A DNA stretch of 64,000 nucleotides, taken from NCBI GenBank assembly GCA_951406725.2, contig OX597815.1, forward strand, positions 141,050,001 to 141,114,000, given 5' to 3'. The DNA comes from Octopus vulgaris (lineage: Eukaryota). Position numbers and translations under genes: made by a program. The notes below the pieces were generated by a model. The model saw only the letters and a program-made list of their open reading frames with translations. It made no database searches and had not been told where the DNA came from. Below are positions 24,798 through 36,827 of this stretch, piece after piece (the first letter of the stretch is position 1; every line of letters starts with the position of its first letter).

Positions 24798-25352
24798 ATG
24801 TATATGTGTGTGTATATGTGCGTGTATGTGTATATATGTGTATATAGGGACTAGTGTGCTGTGTGTGCAGGTGTGTGTGTGGATATGTGTGTGTATGCGT
24901 GTATGTGAGTATGTGTGTGTATGTGTATATATATATGTGTGTATATGTGTGTGTATGTGTATATATATGTATATATGTGTGTGTATACGTATGTGTGTAT
25001 GTATATGTATATATGTTTGTACGTGTGTGTATATATGTATACATATGTGCATAGGTATAAGTGAGAATCTCCTTATTTACCTAAAACTCTATTCCCTTTT
25101 TTTTATATATATTTTTTATATATATATATTTTTTTTTATATATATTTTTTTATTTTTTTATTTTTTTAATTTATTCTTCTATCTAATTTAACACTGACTC
25201 CTTGACCACTCCCCAAGTATGATATTTTGCGCTATGCCTACCCCCAAAAAGTCCCCCACCAACACCCCTTTAAACCTGCCTAAATGTATAAATGCCAATA
25301 CAATTCTTGTTAACTAGCTTCCTAGATTTCTCTTGAATGAAACAGTTCTAGT
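24119..25352. repeat. 1.2-kb palindrome centred on (TA)n, with a hammerhead-like motif at the outer end of the arms
   Basis: 24119-24500 is the near-perfect reverse complement of about 24960-25352. The microsatellite-like inner parts mirror each other around (TA)n at about 24745-24788. Confidence 0.93.
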
Positions 25353-25359
25353 ATATATA

Positions 25360-25450
<91 letters not shown>

Positions 25451-25474
25451 CACATGCTGGCACAGGTAGACAGG

Positions 25475-25517
<43 letters not shown>

Positions 25518-26873
25518 GCTGGCACAGGTAGACAGGCACACATACATAAGTACAGTTACATACGTAAGAATTATCACACACGCATTAACGAACACCCACA
25601 CATACTTAAGTGAATACGAAGTTCTGAAAACTAAAAAAAAAAAACAACTTATATATAATATACATTCATAATCAGCAATATTACTTCTGTACGCCAAGAC
25701 ATAAAACAACTATAACAATAAGTTGATGAATAACAATAGAAAATGTATATCAGCAGCAACAACAACACCTACTACACATGATGAACGAGACGAAATGTTC
25801 ACTCCAAGCGGCAACGCAAACATATCTAGTAGCCAGCTATTGTTGTTCGTGAATACGAGTGAAATCAATAATGATATCAAGCAAACAATCACTCCATTAT
25901 GAAGTTATCAGTGACATTTCCGCGGCTATAATCGTTGCTAAGATACTTCAGCGTTAGTTCTACTCCAAGAATATTTCGCAAGGAATCCGTCCATTATATA
26001 CTTGGTGAAATACTGAATGACCCAAGATAAGTGAATGCTATTCTTGAAATACACAAACAAGTGGATACACTAGAAAGAATATGGTTTTCTTAGGTAAAAG
26101 ATCACCCACTTCCCACGATAGATATTTATATATTTTATTTTTGCTTTTTTTTCTTGCGTATGCTATTTTTGCCTCTGGTGTTAATAAAGATGACACTGGT
26201 GATAACAATCGATGATGGCGATGATGATGATACAATAAATCATATTATTGTCCAACAAAAGCAGCATTAACACGAATGTCAAAATAACTACATCAACCAA
26301 CACCGCACCAATATTACTTATAGACAACAAAAATACTACTAAGAAAATAATGATTCTGTTCCTGGTCACAAAAGCTCACAACGTTCAAGACAGTACAAGG
26401 ACATAAAAAAAACAATAAAAGTGGCACACATAATGTAAAGAAAGATGAAAACCATACGAACAATGGATAACAATGAAATGTGAACATGTAAGGTTCCCAA
26501 GGAGGAGAAAACATTATGGGTTAATTAATCGGAGAAAAAAAAAAGAATTAAAAAATCTCAATTTATTCTGTTGCGTAAGAGATTTAAAAACATAGGACTG
26601 TTGACATGAATGCTGATTAGAGTAAAAAAAGGGATTATGCTCGTTTTACATTTAAAATCTAGCTACTCTCAATCGGCATTTGAAAGGCAAGATGACTCCT
26701 GCGTCATCTTACATATGAATAGAGTGAGAGGGACTTAGACAATGAGGGAAAATACGGTTCTTAGTTCTTTTAATGAAATCCAGCACAACGTTTACCCAAC
26801 AGGTTTTGACTTACCTGTCGGTCTGCCTGCTTATCTCTCTGTCTCTCTTTCTTTCTTTCTCTCTCTCTCTCTG

Positions 26874-26994
<121 letters not shown>

Positions 26995-27002
26995 ATGTAT
27001 AT

Positions 27003-27945
27003 ATAATTTCAATACAGAGAAATAATTCACATAAAAATATTTGCAAAGATATCATTGACTCTATTATTATCTAGTGTAACAATTTAAAAATGAAAATAAC
27101 AGAATCAATAATACAGGCAATTTCAGACCCCTCTCCAACCCCAAAATGTAAGTAGCTGAAGGATTAAAATTAGTCAAAGGACTTACAAAATATGTCTACC
27201 TGTTGGAAATAATAGTCAGAATTCTTACCTAAATCGCCAAAATATACTAAGTACTACAGAAATCAACCGTCCAAAGGCAAACGGGCTAAGAAAATCTCTC
27301 CAGTATACGTTCAAGTATTTGGACACATGTGGGCCGGTTTGTGGACGGGAATAATAGCTTCACCTCCCCCCGCACGCACTACATGATGGAGAGCCCAACC
27401 CTTCACGCTGAAGTCTGCGCTGAAACTGATTCGTTTTGCGCCGAATCATAGCGGCCACCAGTGTGCAAATAATTTCAAAACGGAACAAATAATTCAGAAG
27501 AAAATACTTGCGAATATATCATTGACTCAATTATAACATTTTAAACATGATAATAATAGAATCAATAATATAGGCGATTGCAGCCTCCCCCCCCCCCAGA
27601 CCAAAGCATTAAATATATAAATATGTCTACCGGCCAGAAATACCAGTCAAGGCTCTTATTTTCGCCTAAATCGCCTAAATACACAGAAAATAACTACAGA
27701 AATCCACCGTCTGAAGGCAAACAGGCTAAAACAATCTCTCAGAATTCATTCAAGTATTTGAACACACATGGACCGGTTTCTGGATTGGTAAAATAGCCTC
27801 ACTTTCCTCAGCACGTGTTACCGAGAGACCAAAACCGTCACGTTGAAATCTGCGTGAAACTGATTCGTTTTGTGCCGAATCATGGCAGCCACCAGTAGTA
27901 AAATAATTTCAATACGGAAGAAATAATTCACGCGAAAATAATTCA
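27003..27945. repeat. Diverged tandem duplication, units about 465 and 435 bp plus the start of a third
   Basis: ataatttcaa.ac.ga..aaataattca recurs at about 27003, 27469 and 27904. gaaactgattcgttttg.gccgaatcat and cattgactc recur at matching offsets. Confidence 0.85.
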
Positions 27946-28819
27946 CGTGAGTCCAAATGCTTGTATTTGTTTCCTATGTTTTGTTATTATCTGTGTATTT
28001 TGGCGATGTAAATAAGAGTTTTGACTGTTACTTCCAGCAGCTAGACATACTTAGTATGTCTTTTCATCATATATATATATATCGAGTAACTAAACGAGTG
28101 AGTCTTCATGACAGATTCGGCGTATAGTCAGATCTGTTGATTAGGTCGCATTAACATTTCATGATAAGCACACTAGTCACCAATTCATGTTCTCTGGAAT
28201 TGTATATGCGGGATTGTTGTTCCTCCGCCTTGCGCTCATCTCGAACACGTTCAGTTTTTGGTGACTATACACTCATAGCGTATGTCATGAACAGATTCCA
28301 TTGTTGCACATATGAGGGCTAAAGTGTTTGTATGTTGTCCAATATATCCAATCTCTAAGTTATCCAAAATCAAAGAGTAAACACTTTTGTGGTTGAAAAC
28401 CGGAGACGTTCCAACGCTACCCTAAGCACCAGTAGAATTAGATGTTCTACTTCACACCGAGTCTCGGTCTGATGACAGCGTGCTGCAATCACCCGTCATC
28501 ATTCCAGATAACAAGCGCCAAACTTTGACCTGTTCTTGACTTGGGCTGCAACATGAATAACGATATTTCCACCATGGAGCAGTACGGTGATTATAGTGTA
28601 ATCTTTAGATTTAGTGCGGTTCCAAAGAGTGTCTATTACGTGTCACCAATTCTCAATACATTTCAAACAATCCAGCTTTAGAAAACAGGACGACGAGGGT
28701 GGTAGTGAGAACAGGTGCCACGGGTGAATGATCGGTAATATCGGAAAATTTGATTTGATTAAAATAAATGAGTCCCGAATATATATATATATATATATAT
28801 ACCATTATTATTATTCTGT

Positions 28820-29190
28820 TATAGACACACGCGAGAAAAGGTCACAGAAAATGAGAAAGCAACCATACAATGGAATATGCCAATACAAACAGATAGAGAA
28901 ATTAAGGCCAATAGGCCAGATATAGTTGTCAGAGATCTTCAAGAAAAAAAATGCTTTCTAATTGATGTATCAATACCAACGGATGACAAGATTTCTCTAA
29001 AAGAAATAGAGGAACTTTGAAAATACAAAGTCCTGGAAATATAGGTAACTCGAATGTGGAATCTAGAAACAGAAACAATTCTTATCATAATAGGCGCATT
29101 AGTTATGATAATAACAAACTATACAGACAAACACATAACAAAAACACCAGGCTTAAGAAATACGTATAACACAGAAAATAGAACTACTAT
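28820..29190 (+). mobile_element. 3' fragment of an R4/Dong-type element (RLE domain), degenerate
   Basis: WNMPIQTDREIKANRPDIVVRD..KKCFLIDVSIPTDD..LKEIE.L*KY..LEI..TRMWNLETETILIIIGAL, homologous to 2552-2950. Confidence 0.85.
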
Positions 29191-29619
29191 ATTTCTGATT
29201 TTTTTAATGTTTTGCTGTGGTTTGCAGTTTTGGGAACTGTGCAGTTTGTATATATTGGCAGGTACTTACCTCCATAATTATATTTTATTATCGTGCATTT
29301 AATTGTTTTGTTGCAATAAAAGGTGTGTTTACATATTCGGGTAGTCAGGGAAAAAAGAAAGATCAATTTTCACTCAAAATTAAATATATAGTTTTAACGT
29401 TTTCTACAGATGTTCGTTTGTATGTCGAGTTAGAGAAAACAGTAGTGTTTTTGCAATAAAAATGAATTTTACATTTTCGAATACTCAGAGAGAAAGAAAA
29501 AAGAAAAGAAGAGGTGAGTAAAATGTTCACAGAAAGTTTTAGATATTAAAGTTTTAAGATTTACTAAAGATGGTCTTTTGAATGTCCGCTCAGAGAAAAC
29601 TGTAGTGTTCGTAGACTAG

Positions 29620-29650
<31 letters not shown>

Positions 29651-29652
29651 AA

Positions 29653-29870
29653 AGGCGGTGAGCTGTAGCAATCATGAGCATACTGGGCGAAATACTTAGC
29701 GGTATTTCGCCCGCCTCTACATTATTAGTTCAAATTCCGCTGAGGTCGTCTTTGCATTTCATCCTTTTGAGGTCGATGAATGAAGTAACAGTTAAACACT
29801 GGGGTCTATGTAATCGACTCATATCCTCCCCACAAATTGCTACTGTTGTAGCAAAATCTGAAACCATAAT
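29653..29870 (+). mobile_element. tRNA-derived SINE, family B
   Basis: GGCGGTGAGCTG..GTTCAAATTCCGCTGAGGTCG.CTTTGCATTTCATCCTTT.GAGGTCGAT..CTGGGGTC.ATGTAATCGAC, flanked by (ATT)n. Confidence 0.8.
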
Positions 29871-31900
29871 TATTATTACTAGTAGAAAGACCACAGTCCG
29901 GACGATTTTCTGCTTGTCACTTGATAATATTTTCATATTTGATTGTCAATTCTAATAATCTTTATGACATTTTATTTCTAATTATTTCGCTCACTTGCTT
30001 AGTAAATATTGCTTTCATTATTTTATCACAGTCGTAATCTCTCTTTTTTAAACAAACGTCGATGTAGACCAACTGTGGAGGTCGGGGGCAGTTTAGCAAG
30101 TTTTACCTTCCCTCAAAGCAACATAGAGATTTTTCAATTCAACAGTCCGTTTGTAAGCTTTGCAGTACATGTTTTCTGTGAAAAGAGAATGGGAGAGAGA
30201 ACATTGCAAACAATGAATAAAATAAACATGAATTGCAAAATTCGTATAAATAAAAGCGCATAACTACAGATGACTTTTTGCTTCATAACAACCCGAAAAA
30301 TGCATACTCTTTAACGAAATTTTCTATAAATACTACTTAGATGGTGTGGCTTCAGAGTTTATGGGACAACATTTTTCCGAGGGGTGGAAGTAGGAGTTTC
30401 GGAAAATCCACTCGAACTCTATTTTTTCCCTCATGACTTTCAGGAAAATGCGTATCTTTTAATATCTATCATACGACATAGATTACGATTATAAAGAAAT
30501 TTGTGGAAAAATATCTTCTAAGGGGGGTGGAGAGAGGATTTTTGGTAAAACGGAGTTTCAGATCTGGAAAACCAAATAAATTAGGCCTACTCTATTTTGA
30601 CCGGGGTTTTCCCTGTTTTTTAATCTACAGCCTTGGAAATGATGGGGTGGGGTAGGAGTGCGACATCTTTGTATGAAAACAGTTGTCAATATTTTTTTTA
30701 TTACAACACTCCCGCTCTATCATCATCCCACTCCGGACCTATTTTGGGCAATTTCTTTTTGCACTTCAAAACCATGGGAGAAGACATTTCGGTGAAAAAA
30801 GAAATGTTCATATTTTCAGAGGGACACGTGAGTGATATAAGTGAGATTTGTCTGTTGTTTCTAACGCATCCTAAGACAACCGTCCTACTTTCTTTATCAC
30901 TCTTGCATGTATTGACGTTTTTCTATATTTTTCTCCACATAGATATATTTATATGCTAAGAAAAATAAAATTTGAAAAATCATGATTTTTTACAACTCCC
31001 CTTCTTGCCTTCTTGCCCCCGATACTTCCTGTTTATAATTTAAAGTACTAGATTTGATTTGATAATTCATTTCAATACCATAGTTTTCTGTTAGAAAATA
31101 TTTTTTTACACACACGGCGTCGCTTGATTGAGGTGGGGGTAAAAATTTACATTACAACTTGTCATCTGTTGCTTATATACCAGCAATGGACTATGCATAT
31201 GTTTCCTCGGCATCATCATTCCTTAAAGTGTCTTTAATGGGAGAAAAATATTGAAAACAATCAACACGCGTGATAGTGAAAATGGGTTGTGCTAGAAACA
31301 AGAGCCGAACCTGCCTTGTATTAATCTGGAAACATCTACAATTTTTTTTTTGTTCTGAAAATAATTAAATTGTTTTGTTCTGGAAATATTTAAAGTTTTA
31401 AAAAAATTGTTACGGAAAGGCTCCTCCAATGGTCTTTAAGCTTAAAAAACTGTTCAAATCGGTCCGGATAGTTATTGTAAGACTTATACGTTCTAAACAG
31501 CCATAACAACAAAATCACTTCTTAATTTTTTCACAAAAATTATACCATTATATTAAAATATTTTCATTCAACAAATAATGTTTTTACATTACATATATAG
31601 AAGAAACGTTGGTTTTTTTCAAATAGCGAATTCAAACTTGAAATGAAAACATTGAAATAGAGAGTGAGAGACTTTGCAAGAGAAAATGGAATAATCCTCT
31701 GCGAATGCAACGAATATTTAAATTTGTGAAAAATTGGAGTTCAAAAATTCAATAAACTTCAGGAATCGAATTTATAGGAAATTTCTTGGTATATGAATTT
31801 ATAAAAAAATTCCAGACAGTGAAGCCCTTAAAAATGCTTTCTTTTAGTAACTGTCACGTACCTAATTAATAAGCAGCTTTCTCCATTATGATATAGATTA

Positions 31901-32110
31901 AGGAGGTGAGCTGGCAGAATCGTTAGCAGACTGGTCGAAATGATTAGCGGTATTCCGCTTGTCGCTACGTACTGAATTCAAATTCCGCTTCGAGCGACAT
32001 TGACTTTCATCCTTTCGTGGTCGATTAAATAAGTACCAAGTACGAACTGGGGTCGATGTGATCGACTTAATTCCTTCTCCCAAATTTCAGGCCTTGTGTC
32101 TACAGTAGAA
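31901..32110 (+). mobile_element. tRNA-derived SINE, family B
   Basis: GGAGGTGAGCTGGCAGAATCGTTAGCA..TTCAAATTCCG..CTTTCATCCTTTCGTGGTCGATTAAATAAGTACC..CTGGGGTCGATGTGATCGAC..GGCCTTGTG. Confidence 0.8.
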
Positions 32111-32189
32111 ATGATTATGATTATTATTTTTGTTGTGGTTGTGGTTATTATTATTACTGTAATAATAACTATTATTATTAATATTATTT

Positions 32190-32510
32190 AATGAATATGT
32201 TCTGCTTGTTTTGCTGGGTATGATAGAAAATGTTAGCTGCCAATATACAGCAGGCTAAGGTGACACTTTTTTGCTGCTCAGGTTCCAAGAACTCCGCGGA
32301 GAACTCTTGCAATTTCAAGCAATGCTGATTTTTGTAGTCGTCCCATCTTTACTTTTGTACCAATCTTTTTCAATCATTTTAGTAGCTGAGTGCTGATAAT
32401 TCCATGTGCAGCAATCACTATGGGTATCACGTAGATTCTCCTCATTGCCCACAACCTCGGTATTTATCACTTCAATTCATCATAGTTGTCCATTTTGAAT
32501 GGAAAAACTT
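32190..32510 (-). mobile_element. 3' fragment of an R4/Dong-type element ending in TAA-rich sequence
   Basis: YDELK..I.RLWAMRRIYVIPIVIAAHG..LKKIG..GRLQKSALLEIARVLRGVL*, then a short UTR and a degenerate (TAA)n at about 32145-32190. Confidence 0.7.
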
Positions 32511-32731
32511 ATGCACTCGTCGACGTTTTCTGTTCACTGTATTGTTTAGCTGAGCGCTTCCTAAATATGTTATTCATGACCTCATTTTTACTTACGAGAT
32601 TTTTCTCGACCCCAGATATTAAATATGAAATAAAATATTCAAATAAATACATAAATCATTTATTTTTTTACTGAATTTATAAGTAATAGGCTAGTTATAT
32701 TATTTGTCAAAATAAAAGTTGTTTCAGCATT

Positions 32732-32817
32732 TGTTTCAAGTACAAAAATAAGCCAAAATAAATGTTTCAAGTACAAAAATAAATTAAAATAAATGTTTCA
32801 AGTACAAAAATAAACCA
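32732..32817. repeat. 31-bp tandem repeat, about 3 copies
   Basis: tgtttcaagtacaaaaataa occurs three times. Confidence 0.9.
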
Positions 32818-32827
32818 AAGTAAAAAT

Positions 32828-34380
32828 CAATGTGATGGATGTGCTTATTTTTTGTTGCATAACAAAATAAACCTTGATGTGATATTTGACACTGTTGAAT
32901 GTAAAGCATCCTGTACGTTTTTCAGCGTTGAACGATATTTGATTTTAATGTGTTAAAGTTGAAAATGTTTCACATATGTTTGTGGTGCTAAATCACAAAA
33001 TAACATGAAATGCCATTTCAGAAATTGTGGAAAATTCAGCTTTAGCTCCGATCCAGAATTCAGTCAAAATTTTTTTTATAAATTCAAGTTTCAAGTTTGA
33101 GTCACTCGATAGCTCAGCGAATTCCTCTTAGGCTTTATACAGCAAAGAATTAATATCATCAAGGTCAATTGAAAATGGTTTCTGAATACGAGATAACTTT
33201 TTGAAATTAAAATTCGATATGAAGTATTTGCGAAACTGTGTTTCTAGAGTGTTTAAGTGGTCTGTAATAATTGTTGCAAATATTCTTTTCAATTATAAAG
33301 TCATTGATAACCGGAAACATTTCGAATGAACCATTTTTCACCTTATTCTTCCAAATGTTGATCTTTTCAATAAAACTCTCAATTTTATCATTCGAAGTAA
33401 ATATATCGCTTTTGTTTCCTTGAAGATTCAATTTGAAATTGTTTAGTTACTCAAAAATATCTCAAAAATAGCATAAATTTGAAGCCGTTAGTGATTTTGA
33501 AATATAACAGCAAGATCAAATTTTTGCTCGGTTAAAATATAATTCCGTCTCTTAACAAGAATAACCTGTTTAAACTTCGCCCTCTTGACAGCCACCTTAC
33601 TTCTGCGTGTAATAATAAGATTTTGTGTTCTGAATCCATGCCTTTACAGAGATTTGAAAATAAACGGCTGTTAATGATACGGCTTTTAATAAAGGTTGTA
33701 ATTTTGATAACACCCTGAAGCGCTATTTTAATTTTGTTTTTGCTGCAAGTGATTCTCGATGGATCTGCAGTATGTAAAAGTTACATGATTATTACCAACA
33801 GCTTTAACAAACGATTTAAATCCAATATGTTCGCCCGTCATCGCTTTTGCACCATCTGTGCATACTCCATTGCAATTTGTCCATTCCAAACCTATAGTTT
33901 AAAAAATTCGTCAACGTTACTACATTTGTCTTTCCCTCTTGAATGTTCTTCCAAAGGATGACAAAATAATAATTCTTCTTTCGCGTTTTCTTTATAAACG
34001 TATCTAACATATACTAACAATTGAGCCAGTTTTTAAATATCAATTATTTCGTCCGACTGAATTGCAAAGTTTGTGTTTTCTTTAAGTATAGTCATAAGTC
34101 GCTCAAATTGGCCGTTGCTAATTTCAGTAATTCTATTGGCGACAGTGTCGTCCGAAAAAAGATTTTTCAGAATTTCATCAACATATTTACCTTCTTGAAG
34201 TATTTCTACCATCTTCATAGCAGTAGGTAATAAAAGTTATTTTCCAATGGTGTATGGCATTTTATTTTTGGCAATTAGATATGAAACTTCACATGACGCA
34301 AATAAATATTTCTCGTTTATAGTCATACATTTCTCAAAATTTTGTGTTTCTATATTTGAAGATATCCTTTTATTCTTGCT
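32828..34380 (-). pseudogene. hAT transposase remnant, Buster/Charlie (SCAND3/ZBED5-like) group
   Basis: SDDTVANRITEIS..FAIQSDE, FIKSRIINSRLFSNLCKGMDSEHKILLLHAEVRWLSRG, LQG..IF...DKIESF.EKINIWK..FEMFP, and terminal AHPSH*. Multiple stops and frameshifts. Confidence 0.88.
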
Positions 34381-34381
34381 T

Positions 34382-34785
<404 letters not shown>

Positions 34786-35113
34786 TATTTCAAAAATTTT
34801 GCCATAAAGGTATGACAGAGAGTAGCTTGTAGGTTGGAGAAAAACATTGATGAGGTGAATGATGAAAATACGATGATATTAATGCGAGAAGACAAAAGAC
34901 GCCCGCTGATTTTTTACTTCTCTAAAACCTTCTTTTAACCACAGAAAAAAGACAAACCGAGGTATTGAACCTCTTACTTCAGTTTTAGAATAATTAGACT
35001 AATAGTCCATTTAAAAATTGGGGTTTTAAGACCCTTAAACACAATAACAAACAATAAATATTAAGCATTATACAATAAACATTATAACACTGAGGCTTTT
35101 CAACCTCGTGTCA

Positions 35114-36371
35114 CTATTCCTCCCCAGCATCGCTTGTGCCCGTATACTCCGCCATCACCCACGCCTCATTCACTACCAAGGCAGAATCCAAGTCTGCGTC
35201 GCCCGGGTCCAAAAGATATTCCTCATTGAGTCCCCGCAGCATATACGTCACGGGCAACGTTATGACCTCCACAGTTATATACGGAGGCCATTCGGGATCC
35301 TGTGTGAAGGTTAAAGGTACTCCCTTATGGTGCTTTTCCACCACCTTTTTTACTTCTCCGCCTCTGTACAAGACCAACAGTTCGTCTTCCTCCAGGTTCA
35401 AGGTGGTCAATTCTACCGTTGGTGGCACAATTTCCCCCAACGGTGTCTGTTCCCTTGTCCGTGGCACAACCCCTACCGGCAAGGTTCCGGGACATTCTGG
35501 TGCTATATCACCGACTGCCGGCAATGCCCCATTTTTCTTCATCTTCCTCTTTTTTCTTCTCAACTGAGGGAGGGTGCGTCTCCTCCGTGACCGGGAGATT
35601 CGCCTACCCTCCCTCGACCCTAGGTGCCTTCGGTGAACACCCATTGTTGCTCACCTACTTCCTGTTGCGGCCTTCTTTGAGGAGTCCTCGGCATCCTTGG
35701 CTGCCTTCGTTTCTTTTTCTACAGTGGTCTCAATCAACTGCTCCAGGACGTTGTTTTGTTGCTGAGGATAGTTTTTCTTTATATGGCTAGGGTCCAGGCA
35801 CCGGTGACACCCGGGGGCGACCCTCTAGAATCACCGAGTACCTACACGGAGCCATTTTCAAAAAAAGCTGGCATAATCAGATTCATGGCTGATTGAATCC
35901 ACAAGATGAAAACAGCTTTTGACCCAACCCAATCAGCCGCAGGAAGAATTTTCACATTGAGGAACCTGGCTCCACTGCTACCCAGACCCCGACGGATAGT
36001 ATCCTCTATCCACTCGGGTTCAATTCCGGGTGGCAAACCACAGATCCAAGCCCTCGTCAATTTTTCCCACAATAAATGCGAAGAAACAAAATTTCTCTAC
36101 CCTCAAATGGCTGGCTTGCAAAACTGCGAGCCTCCTCTGGGGTGTCAAATAGCAACCATACCGTTGCATATTTGACACCCCTACAGATATACTTAACGGT
36201 CGGTAGATGTTCCGCCAAATCCTGCTCAATCAGCTACTTGGAGAAGACAGCAATGGTATCGAGAAACTTCGAATACGTTCTCAACACCACCGTTCTCTCC
36301 TCTTGCTAGCTGAGCCACTCTTTAGGTGGGACAATCTCCCACTCTACAATCTTCTCCGTATTTTTTGCCAT
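35114..36371 (-). pseudogene. LINE ORF1/gag-like pseudogene (L1/Tx1 style) with a CCHC-like knuckle and no ORF2
   Basis: From ATG 36371: MAKNTEKIVEWEIVPP..ERTVVLRTY..LLFDTPEEARSFASQP../RAWICGLPPGIEPEWI../VILEGRP/GCHRCLDPSHIKKNYP, then a basic low-complexity tail. Stops and frameshifts present. GC-richer than the flanks. Confidence 0.6.
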
Positions 36372-36655
36372 GTTTTAAATTAAATAAAATGTAAAAAACT
36401 TTCAACGCAATAGTTCACACATTTCAAAAAGAAAAGAGAGAAATGAAAACGAAACAAAAGAAAAGAAATGAAAAAGCAAGCAGTTCAATAAAGAGAGTCG
36501 CTGTACGCACGCTTTATTACCGCAACGATTGCATGGTTCATCACGTTATATATTGAGCGTTTGTGAAATAACATATAAACGAAAATTAAATTCTTTGAAT
36601 TTAATTTTTGCAACCCCAGCATTTCACTTCGCGACCCCATTTGGGATTTCACACC

Positions 36656-36707
36656 GTCTCCGATGAAGGAATATTACTAATAAATATCCTAGAAACAGCT
36701 GTAAGAC
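36656..36707 (+). ncRNA. Minimal hammerhead ribozyme motif with one core substitution
   Basis: GTCT-CCGATGA-aggaatatt..aatatcct-a-GAAA-CAGCTG-TA-AGAC. Stem III is the palindrome CAGCTG, and AATAAA follows. Confidence 0.55.
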
Positions 36708-36771
36708 CTTCTATCAATAAATTCTCTAATGTCTATACAGCCTTGGCTTTTTATCTTATTACGCGAAAAAT

Positions 36772-36827
<56 letters not shown>

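Noticed and set aside
24306-25191. His/Thr/Tyr/Ile- and Cys/Val-rich ORFs up to 261 aa
   Set aside because: Produced by CA/TA/TG repeats within the palindrome.
28080-28740. GC-richer stretch with faint APE-like echoes and a CTGATGA at about 28469
   Set aside because: No GAAA after the putative stem II and no sustained protein similarity.
32732-32817. CRISPR-like short repeats
   Set aside because: Head-to-tail tandem units without unique spacers, no cas genes, eukaryotic context.
35108-35790. Several overlapping plus-strand ORFs
   Set aside because: Antisense to the ORF1-like pseudogene; no recognisable motifs.
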